This document shows positions 37,100 to 50,256 of a DNA stretch of 64,000 nt, piece after piece. The DNA lies in the NCBI GenBank assembly GCA_013239625.1, contig MU054204.1, positions 1,053,537 through 1,117,536 on the forward strand, in the 5' to 3' direction. The notes below the pieces were generated by a model, which worked only from the letters and a program-made list of their open reading frames with translations, was not told where the DNA came from and made no database searches. This DNA comes from Lama guanicoe. Its lineage: Eukaryota. Made by a program: the position numbers and the translations under genes. Numbering within the stretch: position 1 is the stretch's first letter; each line of letters opens with the position of its first letter.

Positions 37100-38210
37100 G
37101 TAGAAAGAAGGGTATGGGATTTGGATACAGATAGACCTGGGTTCGCATTTTACCTTTGCCATTTATGAGCTGTTGCATGTTATACAAGGGACTGAATAGC
37201 TCTGTGACTCAGTCTCCTCATTAAAATGAAGATAATGGTTTCTGACACAAGGTTATTGGGGAAATTGGAGCTAATGCACACAAAGCTCCCAATAACAGTG
37301 CTTAGGACATGGTAGTCATGGCAACCAATAAATGGTAGCTGTTTTTCTCTATTCCAACTGAAAGAAGCCAGACACAAAAGGACACGTATTGTATGATTCC
37401 ATTTATGTGAAATATCCAAATGTACAAAATGGGCAAATTTATAGAGATAGAAAATAGATAAGTGGTTGCCAGGAGCTGGAGGAGGTGGGCAGGGGGCATG
37501 GAGAGTGACTGCTAATGCATACAAGCTTTCTTTCAGGGGTAATGAAAATGTTCTAGAATTATGTAGTGGTGACAGTTGTGCAACATACTGGATAGACTAA
37601 AAATCACTCAATTTTACATTTTGAAGGGCAAATTTTATAGTATGTGAATTGTATCTTAAAGTTCTTTTTTAAAAATTCTTACTTTTTATCGATAAAATTC
37701 TTAAAAATAAATTCTATGTTTCTCAGTTTATAAATATGAATAGAAATGAGGTTTTTTTAAATTATGGATAATAGCAGTACCCACCTCATAGGGTTTTTGT
37801 GAAGATTAAATGAGTTAACTTACTAAAATACTTAGACTAATGCTGGTACACTATAAAAGCTCAATAAATGTCAGCTATAATCATTATTACTGTTATTGCC
37901 ATTATTATGATCATCATCATTTTTATCACAAGTAGTAGAGTCTAGTGGTCAAGGTCAATGGGGTTGAAGTTAAACAGACCTGGTTTACAATCTGGCTTCA
38001 CACTTGCCAGCATATGTTATGATAGTTAATGGTACAGTCACTGGATTCAGACTTTCTTGATCAAAATTTCAGCTCCACATACTTATCAGTTGTGTGACTT
38101 TAGGCAATTTTTTCAACCTCTTCGTGCTCCTCCGTTTCTTCATGTGTCAAGTGGGTATAATAATAGTTTGTCTCTAATGAGTTGCCATGAGAATGAAATG
38201 ATGTATCCAT
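37100..38210 (+). mobile_element. Cluster of MIR fragments with an L1MB-type 3' end (~37360-37670)
   Basis: MIR core motifs (cagtctcctcattaaaatgaagataat; cacctcatagggtttttgtgaagattaaatgag) and L1MB gaaagaagccagacacaaaagg...gtatgattccatttat. Confidence 0.6.
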
Positions 38211-39179
38211 TAGAATGATTTTGGAGTTAAAAGTTTCAGGAACCTGGCTCAGTTTGCCTTAAACCAGGTAGATGGGAAAGAAAAAAAGGGATAGAAAAGA
38301 GAAAATAATAGAAAAAACAATATAAATCAGGAAAGGTGGGAGAAGGAAAAAGAAAGGAGAGAGAAGAGAGGTTTATTAATTTGGGGATGCTTCTCAGAGA
38401 GTTCTCTGCCCAACTTTTCCTCCTGGATTATTAAGATAGTTATTCTTATGTTTTTAGAGAAACTGCTTCAAAATTTTTGGCAATAGGAACTAAGTAAAAC
38501 AATACTACATATGCCTTGTATGCTTGTTAATGGCTCTGCTCTCTAAATCTCATTGAGAAGACTCTGTAAGTATTTTTATTAAAATATTAAATATTTTTAA
38601 AATATTTTAAAAAAATTTTTAAATCAAAATATGTGACATTTCTACCCAATCAATGGTGTCATTCAGAATAGCATTTTGAATAGCCCAATATGGTGCCAAC
38701 AGACACCCTATACAGCAGTTAATGCAGCAGGAAGCCAGGATCCAAAGCCTTGAATTGGAGATTAGATTCCATCGCTAGTTGTTGTGGGCCTCTCATAATC
38801 TTACCTGACTTCAAATTCCCCATGACCAAAATGGGAAATAAAAGCAGAATGCACTCTGCAGATTGCAGCCTAAGTGTAGAAGAGCATCTTATCACCATAC
38901 TTATGATTATAAAATCACAAGATTGAATGGGTCTTTAGTAAAGATGACTTCATTGTCTGAATTTGCAGACCAAGACCCTGAGACTCAATGAGAGGAAGCC
39001 CTTTCCAAGGTCAGACCAGCTGGGTTTCAACAGAGCTGAACCTACGTTCCAGGCTTGCGTTCTACCACAATATGACACAGACTGATGAGTTTCTTTCTTA
39101 TCCCCTCCCCCTCAACTGAGCGATCTATCAATCTATCAATCAGTCATCTATTTACCTACCTATAATTATAAATGATGTA

Positions 39180-39182
<3 letters not shown>

Positions 39183-39211
<29 letters not shown>
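39183..39211. repeat. (TA)n microsatellite
   Basis: Direct reading. Confidence 0.95.
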
Positions 39212-39213
<2 letters not shown>

Positions 39214-40463
39214 CCACACATGCTAAGTGAAGAGGATCACCTGAAGATATGTACCAATTTGATGTCCCAATGATAAATTCACAAATATTTGTATAGCCTT
39301 TAGTGTAAAGGTTGGTACTTGTCTAAAAATGGAAGGTCAATATTCTCACAGTTTCTTTTCATCTTAATTAGGCAAGGATTATGTTAGCAAAATGAGTTAA
39401 AAGGGAAATGGGGACTTGAATATTCATTGACTTCTGACTTTTCTAAGCAAGAAGATCAAAGGTCTCTACCTAGCCTGGAGATTGTTGTAAAGATGCCAAA
39501 AGGACAGTGTGTTAGTCCAGGATCCAGTAAACACTGACCCACATGCCATTTTGAAGAATCCATGAGATCTACACAATCGTAGTAAGAGAGGGGCATTTCT
39601 TTGCCTTCCCTTTGGCCACTGGCTGATTCCCATTCAGCCACCAGGGAGATGACAATCAGTGGCTGTCCTATGAGCTCACAGCACTAGGTGTGATGGCTTC
39701 CATGGAAGTCTTTGCTGCTATAACTTTCATATCTTACGTTACCACATTAAGACAGGTCTGGTAGGGATTGAAATTAGCCCAGCGTTCCTCTCTATCACAC
39801 ACTCAGTTCAAAACTTTGATGAATATTTCATAAGAATTTTCTCAGTGACATGGTGAACAGCCTTTGGCCTTTAAATCAAATGACAGAAAAAAAATTCTTC
39901 AGGCAGAAAAAATAACGATTCTATTTCTGTTCCTAGATGGGTTATTACACAGTCACCCGGAGTCATGATATCTGAAGTTTTTCTGGCCAGAACAAATCGC
40001 CAGTAACTTCTTGTATGATCAAGAGAAAGTACGACCTCTCCTTCCCTTATTTTCCCCTGGGGGGTTGTAGCTGCAATCCCACAGTCCCACTGGCTCCAAT
40101 TTCTCCCTCTATTCCTCCCTCCCTGCCTTCCTCTTTTTCTCCCTCCCTCACTTCCTCCTTCCCTTCTTCCCTCCCTTTTTCCCCTTCCCTCCCTTCCTTC
40201 CTAACCTAGTTCTATCAATCTAATAAGAATCCACTAATATTCCATTAGAAGGGAGAGGGAGAGAGGTTACCAGATTAAAGCATTCATCAAATGATGTTTC
40301 TCAAGCAACCTAGAGCTTTTCATCTGCCCTGCCCTTCCTCACATCTCCAAAAGGCCAGGAGTAGGCCCTCCCTACCCCTCCAGCATATTGTGGAACTATA
40401 TCTTTTATTTTCCCAGAAATGGAGTCACCATCCCCACCATTTCCCTGGGAGGCTGTTCCATTC

Positions 40464-40869
40464 TGCTATGAACTGAACTGTGTCCACCCTCCTCAAATAC
40501 ATATGTTGGGATCCTAACTCCTCAATGTGACTGTGTTTGGAGATAGGGCCTATAAGAAGGTAATTAAGATTAAATGAGGTCATAAGGGTGGGGCCATGAT
40601 CCAATGGGTTGGTGCCCTTATAAGAAGAGGCACCAAAGGGCTCATTCTCCCTCTCTCTGTGCCCTCACACAGAAGAGGCCATGGGTAAACACACAGCAAA
40701 AATGAGACAGTCTGCAAGCCAGGAAATGAGCTCTCACCAGAAACCAAACCTGCTGACACCTTATTCTTGAACTGCCCAGCCTCCAGAACTGTAAGAAAAT
40801 TAATTTCTATTGTTTGAGCCACCCAGTCTGTGGTATTTTGTGATGGCAGCCTGAGCTGACTAAAATACA
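40464..40869 (+). mobile_element. MaLR MLT1A-type solo LTR
   Basis: tgctatgaactgaactgtgtcc...ttaaatgaggtcataagggtggg...ccagcctccagaactgtaagaaaat...aataca; TG/CA ends. Confidence 0.85.
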
Positions 40870-41240
40870 CCTCAACTCCATTCTGCCCATTTCCTTCTCA
40901 GTGATGCCCTCTTACTACCTTGCAAATTCCTGTTTGAGGATTTACAGCCCTGAGTCAGAGGCACATTCTCAACTTTCCTTAGCAGCAGTTTCTCTGAGCT
41001 ACACATACTACATTCTTTTAACCTCACCTCATTCTTCCAATCATTTTTGTGGCTCTTGTCAATACTTTACACAATTTGAACAAGTAAATTACTTGTTGAA
41101 AAATTGGATGTCTTTGGATGAAAAATTCCAAGTCTTTAAACCATGTTGCATCTGCAACAAGATATAAGTACTCAAACACTAATTGTATCCTCCAGTACAA
41201 ACGTGTGTGCACATGTGCACATGCACATGCATATACACAT

Positions 41241-41271
<31 letters not shown>

Positions 41272-42298
41272 AACACTGGATTGTCACATATTTCATGGAC
41301 AGGGTGAAGACGTTAAAGGTGTTCAGATTTCCTTGATTCTTCCCAAGTATAAATTCTGAGAGAACCCTGAGTTCCACCTCCCAGATCTGGTCCAAACATT
41401 TCTCTCCAATGAGATTTTAGAAACCCCTCCAAGTGTTGGTTAAAGATGGCAAAATGCATGAGACCTACTTTCTGCTTATCCCCAAGCATAAATTTACTCC
41501 ATTAAAAAGCATTAAATAGGAGCAGGAGTGGGCTGAGCACCACCCAGAATCCTGTGTGAGAAAACCTGCTAGCTGTTCTGCTCTTGTTAGAGGCGTTTAG
41601 AGAGAGCCCCTACTGGGAAGCTCCTCAGAGAGGGACGGACTAAATCCAGTGGTATCTAAATGTCAGATGGGATCATTTTGGGAAATGCACCCTTTAGCTC
41701 AACTGACGAGAGGATGCTGAATTCACTGTCAAAACTTGCCCACATTCCACTCCCTTCAAAGGAAACCTCAGAGATGAGGTACTAAAGTGGTCTTGAGCAA
41801 ACAGAAGAGTACAAACGCCCCCTGCCGCCGTGCTGTTGCATTTGGTGTGTAGACAATGAGCTGCTGTGACACTGACAGCAGCCCAGCTCTCTCCTTGTTG
41901 ATTTTGGCTGAGGGCCTCCTAGGGACGGATCACTGCTGCTTGGGCCCACTGTGCATTTTCGTACTTTTTGATGCTATGTATTTCACCTGATTTTACTCCA
42001 GTGGTGAGGGGTGGGGTAAGCAACTGTCTATAGGACAGAGGTTGGGAAGAAGTGGCCACCTCCGCTTCCCTCTGGCACACACACAACACAGCCCTGCAGG
42101 CAGCAATGCAAAGCTGTCTCCTGAGAGCCAGCAGGGCTTGGCTCTGATGTATGTTACAATATGTTCACTTAGTAGCAACTTTTCCTTCCCCTTTGGCATC
42201 TGTGAAATCACAAATGTATCAATCATCTATCTATGAAGGCAGGTAATGGCTTTCTTCTTCCAACTCAATTGACAGATGCAATGCATTATAAGGAAATT

Positions 42299-43112
42299 AT
42301 ATGTGCCACAACTTCTTTATCCAGTTATCTGTCGATGGACATTTAGGCTGTTTCCATGTCTTGGCTATTGTAAATAGTGCTGCTATGAACATTGGGGTGC
42401 GTGTATCTTTTCCAATTAGCGTTTCCTCCAGATATATGCCTAGGAGTGGGATTGCTGGATCATAAGGTAAGTCTATTTTCAGTTTTTTGAGGAATCTCCA
42501 TACTGTCTTCTGTAGTGGCTGCACCAAACTACATTCCCACCTTTCCAGCATTTAGTGTTTGTGGACTTTTTAATGACGGTCATTCTGGCTGGTGTGAGGT
42601 GATATCTCAATGTAGGTTTGATTTGCATTTCTCTGATAATTAAAATGGAATACTATTCAGCCATACAAAGAATAAAAGAATGCCATTTGCAGCAACATGG
42701 ATGGACCTGGAAATCATCATTCTAAGTGAAGTAAGCTAGAAAGAGAAAGAAAAATATCGTATGATATTACTCATATGTGGAATCTTTTTTAAAAAAAGAC
42801 ACAAATGAACTTATTTATAAAACAGAGACAAACTCACAAGCATAGAAAACAAACTTAAGGTTACCAGGGGGAAAGGAGGGGAAGGGATAAATTAGGAGTT
42901 CAGGATTTGCAGATACACACTACTATATATAAAATAGATAAACAACAAGGTCCTTCTGTATAGCACAAGGAACTATATTCAATAGCTTGTAATAACCTAT
43001 AATGAAAAAGAATATGAAAAAAGAATATGTATATAACTGAATCACTATGCTGTTACACCAGAAACTAGCACAACATTGTAACTCAACTGTATTTCAATTT
43101 TTTTAAAAAAAA
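42299..43112 (+). mobile_element. L1 3' insertion with 5' inversion (42299-42642 inverted)
   Basis: The antisense ORF2 piece's outer end (ctggataaagaagttgtggcacatat) is contiguous in L1 with the start of the sense piece (aatggaatactattcagcc), which runs to the A tail. Confidence 0.88.
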
Positions 43113-43544
43113 GCAATTTCAAGAAATCTTTTAGTCAAAGAAGAAAGTTGTCAGCTATTGCTTAGCACCGTGATAACTGGCAATTTGTGTTCTTGGAGAG
43201 ATATAATTAGCATACGTGCCACTGTGCTTCAGGCCAGACCTTTCTGGGAGAACATTTATAGAGCCATGTGTTTATTCTGCCTCTATGTGAGGAGGTCTAT
43301 AGATGCTCCTCAGTATAACACATCACAGTCGATAACTCCATCACGTGCAATCTGGATGTGGGCTGGGACCATTCATGTGCAGGTGCCAGTTCTGCCAGAG
43401 CTGGAGACAGAGACCAGATGGCTGCTGGGAGGCTTTCTGCCTCTCCTGATGCTCTAGACACACCCAGATGGGAATGCACTAGCAAACACACATGCTAGTT
43501 TCTCTGGATATGTTGATGCATGAATAACTGTCCTTCCTTCATGA

Positions 43545-44592
43545 AGTGAAGTTTCCTGTCACTGCTGTAACAAATTAACAAACTGTTATTTGGTGCCATG
43601 AAACAACAGAAATGTATTCTCTCACAGTTCTGGAGGCTAGAAATTGGAAATCAAGGTGTCATCAGGACCATGGTCCCCCTGAAGGCTGTAGGGAAGAATG
43701 GTTCCTTGTCTCTTCTAGCTTCAGGTGACCCCAAATGTTCCTTGGCTTTTAGCAATGTGATTCCAATCTCTGCCTCCATGTTCACAAGCCTTTTTTTCTC
43801 TTGTGTTTGTGTCTCAAACTTCCCTTTCCTTTCTTTTATAAGAGACATCAGTCATTGGGCTTAGGGCCCACCTAAGATGATCTCATCATTTTTACTGAAG
43901 TGTAGTTGGTTTACAATGTTGTGTTAATTTCTGGTGTACAGGCTAATGATTCTGATACACACACACACACACACACATATACACATCTATTCCTTTTCTT
44001 TTTTTAACATTTTTTATTGATTTATAATCATTTTACAATGTTGTGTCAAGTTTATCTATTCCTTTTCATATTCTTTTTCATTAAAGGCCATTACAAGGTA
44101 TTGAATACAGTTCTCCGTGCTATACAGTAGGACCTTGTTGTTTATCTATTTCATATATAGTAGTTAGATCTGCAAATCCCAAACTACCAATTTATCCCTC
44201 CACCCTCCCTTCCCCCTCCTGGTAACCACAACTTTATTTTCTATGTCTGTGAATCTGTTTTTATTTTGTAAATAAGTTCATTTGTCTAATTTCTTTAGAT
44301 TCCACATATAAGTGATATCATATGGTATCTTTCTTTCTCTTTCTGGCTTACTTCACTTAGAATGACAATCTCCAGGGCCATACATGTTGCTGCAAATGGC
44401 ATTATTTTATTCTTTTTTGTGACTGAGTAGTATTCCATTGTATATATATACTACATCTTCTTTACCCAATCAGTATGATCTCATCTTAATTACCCCTGCA
44501 AAGACCCTATGTACACACAAGTTCACATTCATGAGCATTAGGGATTAGAACTTGGACATATCATTTTGGGAAATGCAATTCCACCAACTACA
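43545..44592 (-). mobile_element. MLT1 LTR split by an L1 3' fragment (43888-44472), which itself holds a ~55-bp young L1 tail (43999-44053)
   Basis: MLT1 text resumes after the L1. TSD atgatctcatc flanks the L1; TSD atctattccttttc (43985-43998 / 44054-44067) flanks the inner tail. Confidence 0.82.
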
Positions 44593-45583
44593 GGCAGCAT
44601 ATTCAAGATTCCCTGTGGCAAACTGACTCATTACAAATTTCAGGCTTCCTGAGATCACTTTTTTTTTCTTTTTTATGCCTCACAGACTAAGACTAAAGAC
44701 AGGAGCTTCAGTGAAAACATGGGCCATACTCAGAGGGTTTGACTTCGAAGCAGAGAAGGAAGGAGAATTTACAAGACCGTGAGATCTGGGCAGGCTGGAA
44801 ACTCTACGTTTGCTTCCATTGACTCCTATAAAATCAAGATCTCTGTGGCCAGACCGCAGACAAGTGTTCTGAGGCTCAGAGTAACCCACCTAAAATCTGC
44901 CAGCAGTCTGTCTATGGGATCACAAGGCCCCACACACTATGGTTGTTGAACAGACTGAGCAGTGCAGCCTCAGAGTCAACATTGTTAAGAGCTGAAGGGA
45001 AGAAGGGAGTCATTATTCAGCTGTACGGTTGTCTTTAGGTAGAGCTAGAATAGATCATTTCCTCCATGTGCTGCCCCCAACCTTGTAAGTGCCTGCTTTC
45101 CTCTGCAGGGAACAATCCCTTCCAGTTCCTAAATACAGATACGTTTTAAAAGAAAATCCTCTGGAGAGCAGTAGCACCTGCTCTGAAATGCATGTCAAAA
45201 GTAGACGAGATCCTTTCCAGGAGCAAATCTGAACAGATGAAGTAAGAATAGAAGACAGCAAGGGCTGGCTGCAGGTCCCCCTGAAGGAGGAGGCTGAGGA
45301 CACTCTAAAGACAGAAACTGGAAGTCCCGTTCACCTGCAGCACCCAGCCTGTGCTATCTGATCAGTTCCATGCAGGTGTGACAGCTGGCTGATTCTGGGT
45401 CAGTCAGGCACCTCTTTCTGCCTCAGTTTCCCATCTATAAAGTAGGGATAAATATTTCCATCAATCAAGGATCTAGAATGGCTTCCCTGGATGCTGGCTT
45501 GGGCAATGTTTTACATGGAAACATTGATCTGGGAGACAAAAGTCAAGTTACGCCACCAAAAAGACATCAGAAGAAGGGAATGT

Positions 45584-48500
45584 CACAACCACTCAAAACC
45601 TATGGGACACAGCAAAGGCAGTGATAAGAGGGAAGTTCATAGCGATACAGGCCTTCCTCAAAAAAGAAGAACAATCTCAAATAAACAAGCTAACCCACCA
45701 CCTGAATGAATTAGAAATAGAACAAAAAGCCCCAAAAAGCAGCAGAAGGAAGGAAATAATAAAGATCAGAGAGGAATTAAATACAATAGAGATTAACAAG
45801 ACCATAGAAAAAATCAACCAAACCAAAAGCTGGTTTTTTGAAAAAGTAAATAAAATCGACAAACCTCTGGCCAAACTCACAAAGAAGAAAAAAGAGAGAG
45901 CACAAATTAGCAAAATAAGAAAGGAAAATGGAGAAATTACAACAAACAAAATAGAAATACAGAATATCATACGAGAATATTATGAAAAACTATATGGAAC
46001 CAAACTGGATAACCTAGAGGAGATGGACAAGTTTCTGGAAACATACTGTCCACCAAAACTGAATCAAGAAGAAACTGAACACTTGAACAATCCGATCACT
46101 AGAAAGGAAATAGAAATAGCAATTAAAAACCTCCCTACAAATAAAAGTCCAGGACCGGATGGCTTCACCGGGGAATTCTACCAAACATACAAAGAAGAAC
46201 TCATACCAGTCCTTCTCAAACTCTTCCAGACGATTGAAAAGGAGGGAATACTCCCAAACTCATTCTATGAAGCCACCATCACCCTGATACCAAAACCAGG
46301 CAAAGACACTACAAAAAAAGAGAATTATAGGCCAATATCACTGATGAACATAGACGCCAAAATCCTCACCAAAATTTTAGCAAATAGAATCCAACAACAC
46401 ATAAAAAAGATTATACATCATGACCAAGTGGGGTTCATCCCAGGGACACAAGGCTGGTTCAACATACGCAAATCAATCAATGTAATACATCACATCAACA
46501 AGAGAAAGGACAAAAACCACATGATCATCTCAATCGATGCAGAAAAAGCATTTGATAAAATTCAACACCCATTTATGATAAAAACTCTCGCCAAAGTGGG
46601 TATAGAGGGAACATATCTCAACATAATAAAAGCTATATATGACAAACCTATAGCCAGCATAGTTCTCAACGGTGAAAAACTCAAAAGCTTCCCACTAAAA
46701 TCTGGGACAAGACAAGGATGCCCACTATCACCACTCCTATTCAATATAGTCCTGGAAGTCCTAGCCACAGCAATCAGGCAAGAGAAAGAAATAAAAGGGA
46801 TCCAAATTGGAAAAGAAGAGGTAAAAGTGTCATTATATGCTGACGACATGTTACTATATATAGAAAACCCTAAAAGGTCCACAAAAAAGCTACTAGAGCT
46901 GATCGAAGAATTCAGCAAGGTAGCAGGTTACAAAATTAATGTTCAAAAATCAGTTGCCTTTCTTTACACTAACGATAAATCAACAGAAAAAGAAAGTAAA
47001 GAAACAATCCCCTTTAAAATAGCACCCAAAGTAATAAAATATCTGGGAATAAATCTAACCAAGGAGGCGAAAGAATTATACACAGAAAACTATAAACCAT
47101 TGATGAAGGAAATTAAAGAAGACTTTAAAAAATGGAAAGATATTCCATGCTCTTGGATTGGAAGAATCAATATTGTTAAAATGGTCACACTGCCCAAGGC
47201 AATCTACAGATTTAATGCAATCCCTATCCAATTACCCAGGACATATTTCACAGAACTAGAACAAATCATAATAAAATTTATATGGAACCATCAAAGACCT
47301 AGAATTGCTAAAGCATTACTGAAGAGAAAGAAAGAGGCTGGAGGAATAACTCTCCCAGACTTCAGACAATACTATAGAGCTACAGTCATCAAGACAGCAT
47401 GGTATTGGTACCAAAACAGACATATAGACCAATGGAACAGAATAGAGAGCCCAGAAATGAACCCACAAACTTTTGGTCAACTCATCTTCGACAAAGGAGG
47501 CAAGAATATACAATGGAATAAAGACAGTCTCTTCAGCAAATGGTGTTGGGAAAACTGGACAGCAGCATGTAAAACAATGAAGCTAGAACACACCCTTACA
47601 CCATATACAAAAATCAACTCAAAATGGATTAAAGACTTAAACATAAGACAAGATACAATAAACCTCCTAGAGGAAAACATAGGCAAAACATTATCTGACA
47701 TACATTTCAAAAATTTTCTCCTAGAAGAAATAAAAGCAAGAATAAACAAATGGGACCTAATGAAACTTACAAGCTTCTGCAGAGCAAAGGAAACCAGAAA
47801 TAAAACAAGAAGAAAACCTACGGAATGGGAGAAAATTTTTGCAAGTGAAACCGACAAAGGCTTGATCTCCAAAATATATAAGCAGCTCATACGACTCAAT
47901 AAGAAAAAAATAAACAACCCAATCCAAAAATGGGCAGAAGACCTAAACAAGCAATTCTCCAAGGAAGACATACAAATGATCAAAAAGCACATGAAAAAAT
48001 GTTCAATATCACTAATTATCAGAGAAATGCAAATCAAAACTACAATGAGGTATCACCTCACACCAGTCAGAATGGCCGTCATTCAAAAATCCAAAAATGA
48101 CAAATGCTGGAGAGGCTGTGGAGAAAGGGGAACCCTCCTACACTGCTGGTGGGAATGCAGTTTGGTGCAGCCACTATGGAAAACAGTGTGGAGATTCCTC
48201 AAAAGACTAGGAATAGACTTACCATATGACCCAGGAATCCCACTCCTGGGCTTGTACCCAGAAGGAAATCTACTTCAGGATGACACCTGCACCCCAATGT
48301 TCATAGCAGCACTATTTACAATAGCCAAAACATGGAAACAGCCTAAATGTCCATCAACAGGTGACTGGATAAAGAAGAGGTGGTATATTTATACAATGGA
48401 ATACTACTCAGCCATAAAAACCGACAACATAATGCCATTTGCAGCAACATGGATGCTCCTAGAGAATGTCATTCTAAGTGAAGTAAGCCAGAAAGAGAAA

Positions 48501-48872
48501 GAAAAATACCATATGAGATCGCTCATATGTGGAATCTAAAAAACAAAAACAAACAAACAAACAAAAACAAAGCATAAATACAGGACAGAAATAGACTCAT
48601 GGACAGAGAATACAGACTTGTGGTTACCAGGGGGGTAGAGGGTGGGAAGGGATAGACTGGGATTTCAAAATTGTAGAATAGATAAACAAGATTACACTGT
48701 ATAGCACAGGGAAATATACACAAAATGTTATGATAAATCACAGAGAAAAAAATGTGACAATGAGTGTGTATATGTCCATGAATGACTGAAAAATTGTGCT
48801 GAACACTGGAATTTGACACAACATTGTAAAATGATTATAAATCAATAAAAAATGTTAAAAAAAATTTAAAAA
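45584..48872 (+). mobile_element. Young 5'-truncated LINE-1 with poly(A) and 13-bp TSD
   Basis: TSD aagaagggaatgt (45571-45583) / aagaagggaacgt (48873-48885); 3'UTR, AATAAA and A-rich tail present. Confidence 0.97.
45621..48539 (+). CDS. LINE-1 ORF2p, uninterrupted 972-codon remnant (RT + C-terminal Cys-rich domain; endonuclease domain missing)
   Basis: Contains [30 protein letters not shown] and [18 protein letters not shown]. The listed start is a GTG inside a 5'-truncated copy, so it is probably not expressed. Confidence 0.85.
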   Translation: MIRGKFIAIQAFLKKEEQSQINKLTHHLNELEIEQKAPKSSRRKEIIKIREELNTIEINKTIEKINQTKSWFFEKVNKIDKPLAKLTKKKKERAQISKIRKENGEITTNKIEIQNIIREYYEKLYGTKLDNLEEMDKFLETYCPPKLNQEETEHLNNPITRKEIEIAIKNLPTNKSPGPDGFTGEFYQTYKEELIPVLLKLFQTIEKEGILPNSFYEATITLIPKPGKDTTKKENYRPISLMNIDAKILTKILANRIQQHIKKIIHHDQVGFIPGTQGWFNIRKSINVIHHINKRKDKNHMIISIDAEKAFDKIQHPFMIKTLAKVGIEGTYLNIIKAIYDKPIASIVLNGEKLKSFPLKSGTRQGCPLSPLLFNIVLEVLATAIRQEKEIKGIQIGKEEVKVSLYADDMLLYIENPKRSTKKLLELIEEFSKVAGYKINVQKSVAFLYTNDKSTEKESKETIPFKIAPKVIKYLGINLTKEAKELYTENYKPLMKEIKEDFKKWKDIPCSWIGRINIVKMVTLPKAIYRFNAIPIQLPRTYFTELEQIIIKFIWNHQRPRIAKALLKRKKEAGGITLPDFRQYYRATVIKTAWYWYQNRHIDQWNRIESPEMNPQTFGQLIFDKGGKNIQWNKDSLFSKWCWENWTAACKTMKLEHTLTPYTKINSKWIKDLNIRQDTINLLEENIGKTLSDIHFKNFLLEEIKARINKWDLMKLTSFCRAKETRNKTRRKPTEWEKIFASETDKGLISKIYKQLIRLNKKKINNPIQKWAEDLNKQFSKEDIQMIKKHMKKCSISLIIREMQIKTTMRYHLTPVRMAVIQKSKNDKCWRGCGERGTLLHCWWECSLVQPLWKTVWRFLKRLGIDLPYDPGIPLLGLYPEGNLLQDDTCTPMFIAALFTIAKTWKQPKCPSTGDWIKKRWYIYTMEYYSAIKTDNIMPFAATWMLLENVILSEVSQKEKEKYHMRSLICGI

Positions 48873-49020
48873 AAGAAGGGAACGTTTTGTTAAACCAAAG
48901 CTTTTTAAAAATTTTTTACCAAAATATAATTCACATAACAGAAATCTTACTATTTGTATGTGTGTTAACACTTAAAGAAAAAAGAAAAAAAAAGTCTCAC
49001 TTCATGGAGGTCCCGGTTTC

Positions 49021-50256
49021 TTTTCCCTTTTTAAATTTTATTTTTTATTAAAGTATAGTGTTAAGTTTCAGGTGTACAGCAAAACAATTCTGTTATACAT
49101 ATACATGCATATATATTTTCTTTACAGATTCTTGTTCATTATCTGTTATTGCAAGAAATTGAATATAGTTCCCTGTGCTATACAGTAGGTCCTTGCTGTT
49201 TACCTATTTGTGTGTCTGTTAATCTACAGCCCCCAATTTATCCCTCCCTACCCTTTCCCCTTTGGTAACCATAGTTTGTTTTCTGTGTCCATGAGTCCGT
49301 TTTTGGTTTATAAATAGAATTTGAATCATTTTTCCTTAGATTCCACATATAAGCAATATCATATGATATTTGTCTGACTTACTTCACTTAAAATGATAAT
49401 CTCTACGGACATCCAAGTTGCCGCAAATGGCATTATTTCATTCTATTTTAATCACTGAGTAATATTCCATTGTATATATAACCACATCTTCTTTATCCAG
49501 TCATCTATGGATGGACATTTAGGCTGTTTCCATGTCATGGCTGTTGTAAATCGTGCTGCTATGAATGCTGGGGTGCAGGTGTCTTTTTGAATTATAGTTT
49601 TCTCCAGATATATGCCCAGGAGTGGGATTGCTGGATCATATGGTAAATTAATTTTTAGTTTTTTAACTCCATACTGTCCTCCATAGTGGCTGCACTGATT
49701 TACATTCCCACCAACAGTGCAGGAGGACTCCTTTTTCTCCACACCCTCTCTATCATTTATTATTTGTAGACTTTTCAATGATGGCCATTCTGACTGGTGT
49801 GAGGTGATGCTCATTGTAGTTTTGATTTGCATTTCTCTGATAATTCGTGATATTGAGCATTTTTTCATGTGCCTATTTGGCCATCTGTATGTCTTCTTTA
49901 GAGAAATGTCTATTTACATCTTCTGCCCATTTTTTGATTGGGTTGTTTGTTTTTGTGATATTAAGCTATATGAGCTGTTTGTGTATTTTGGAAATTAATC
50001 CCTTGTTGGTCATGTCATTTGCAAATATTTTCTCCCATTCCGTAGGCTGTCTTTTCATTTTATTTATGGTTTCCTTTGCTGTGCAAAAGCTTTTAAGTTT
50101 AATTAGGTCCCATTTGTTTATCTTTGCTTTTATTTCCATTACTCTAGGAGCTGGTTCAAAAAAATACTGTTGCAATTTACGTCAAAGAATGTTCTGCCTG
50201 TTTTCCTCTAGGAGTTTTATAGTATCCGGTCTTACATTTAGGTCTTTAATCCATTT
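49021..50256 (-). mobile_element. 5'-truncated older L1 inserted into an L1MB-type relic
   Basis: Antisense ORF2 C-terminus and 3'UTR; TSD gaaatcttactattt (48941-48955) / gaaatcttaccattt (50257-50271) at a TTTT/AA site. Confidence 0.9.

Noticed and set aside
38570..38625. AT-rich palindromic stretch
   Set aside because: Low-complexity A/T sequence is self-complementary by chance.
45677..48037. Antisense ORFs within L1
   Set aside because: Routine by-product of the A-rich ORF2 sense strand.
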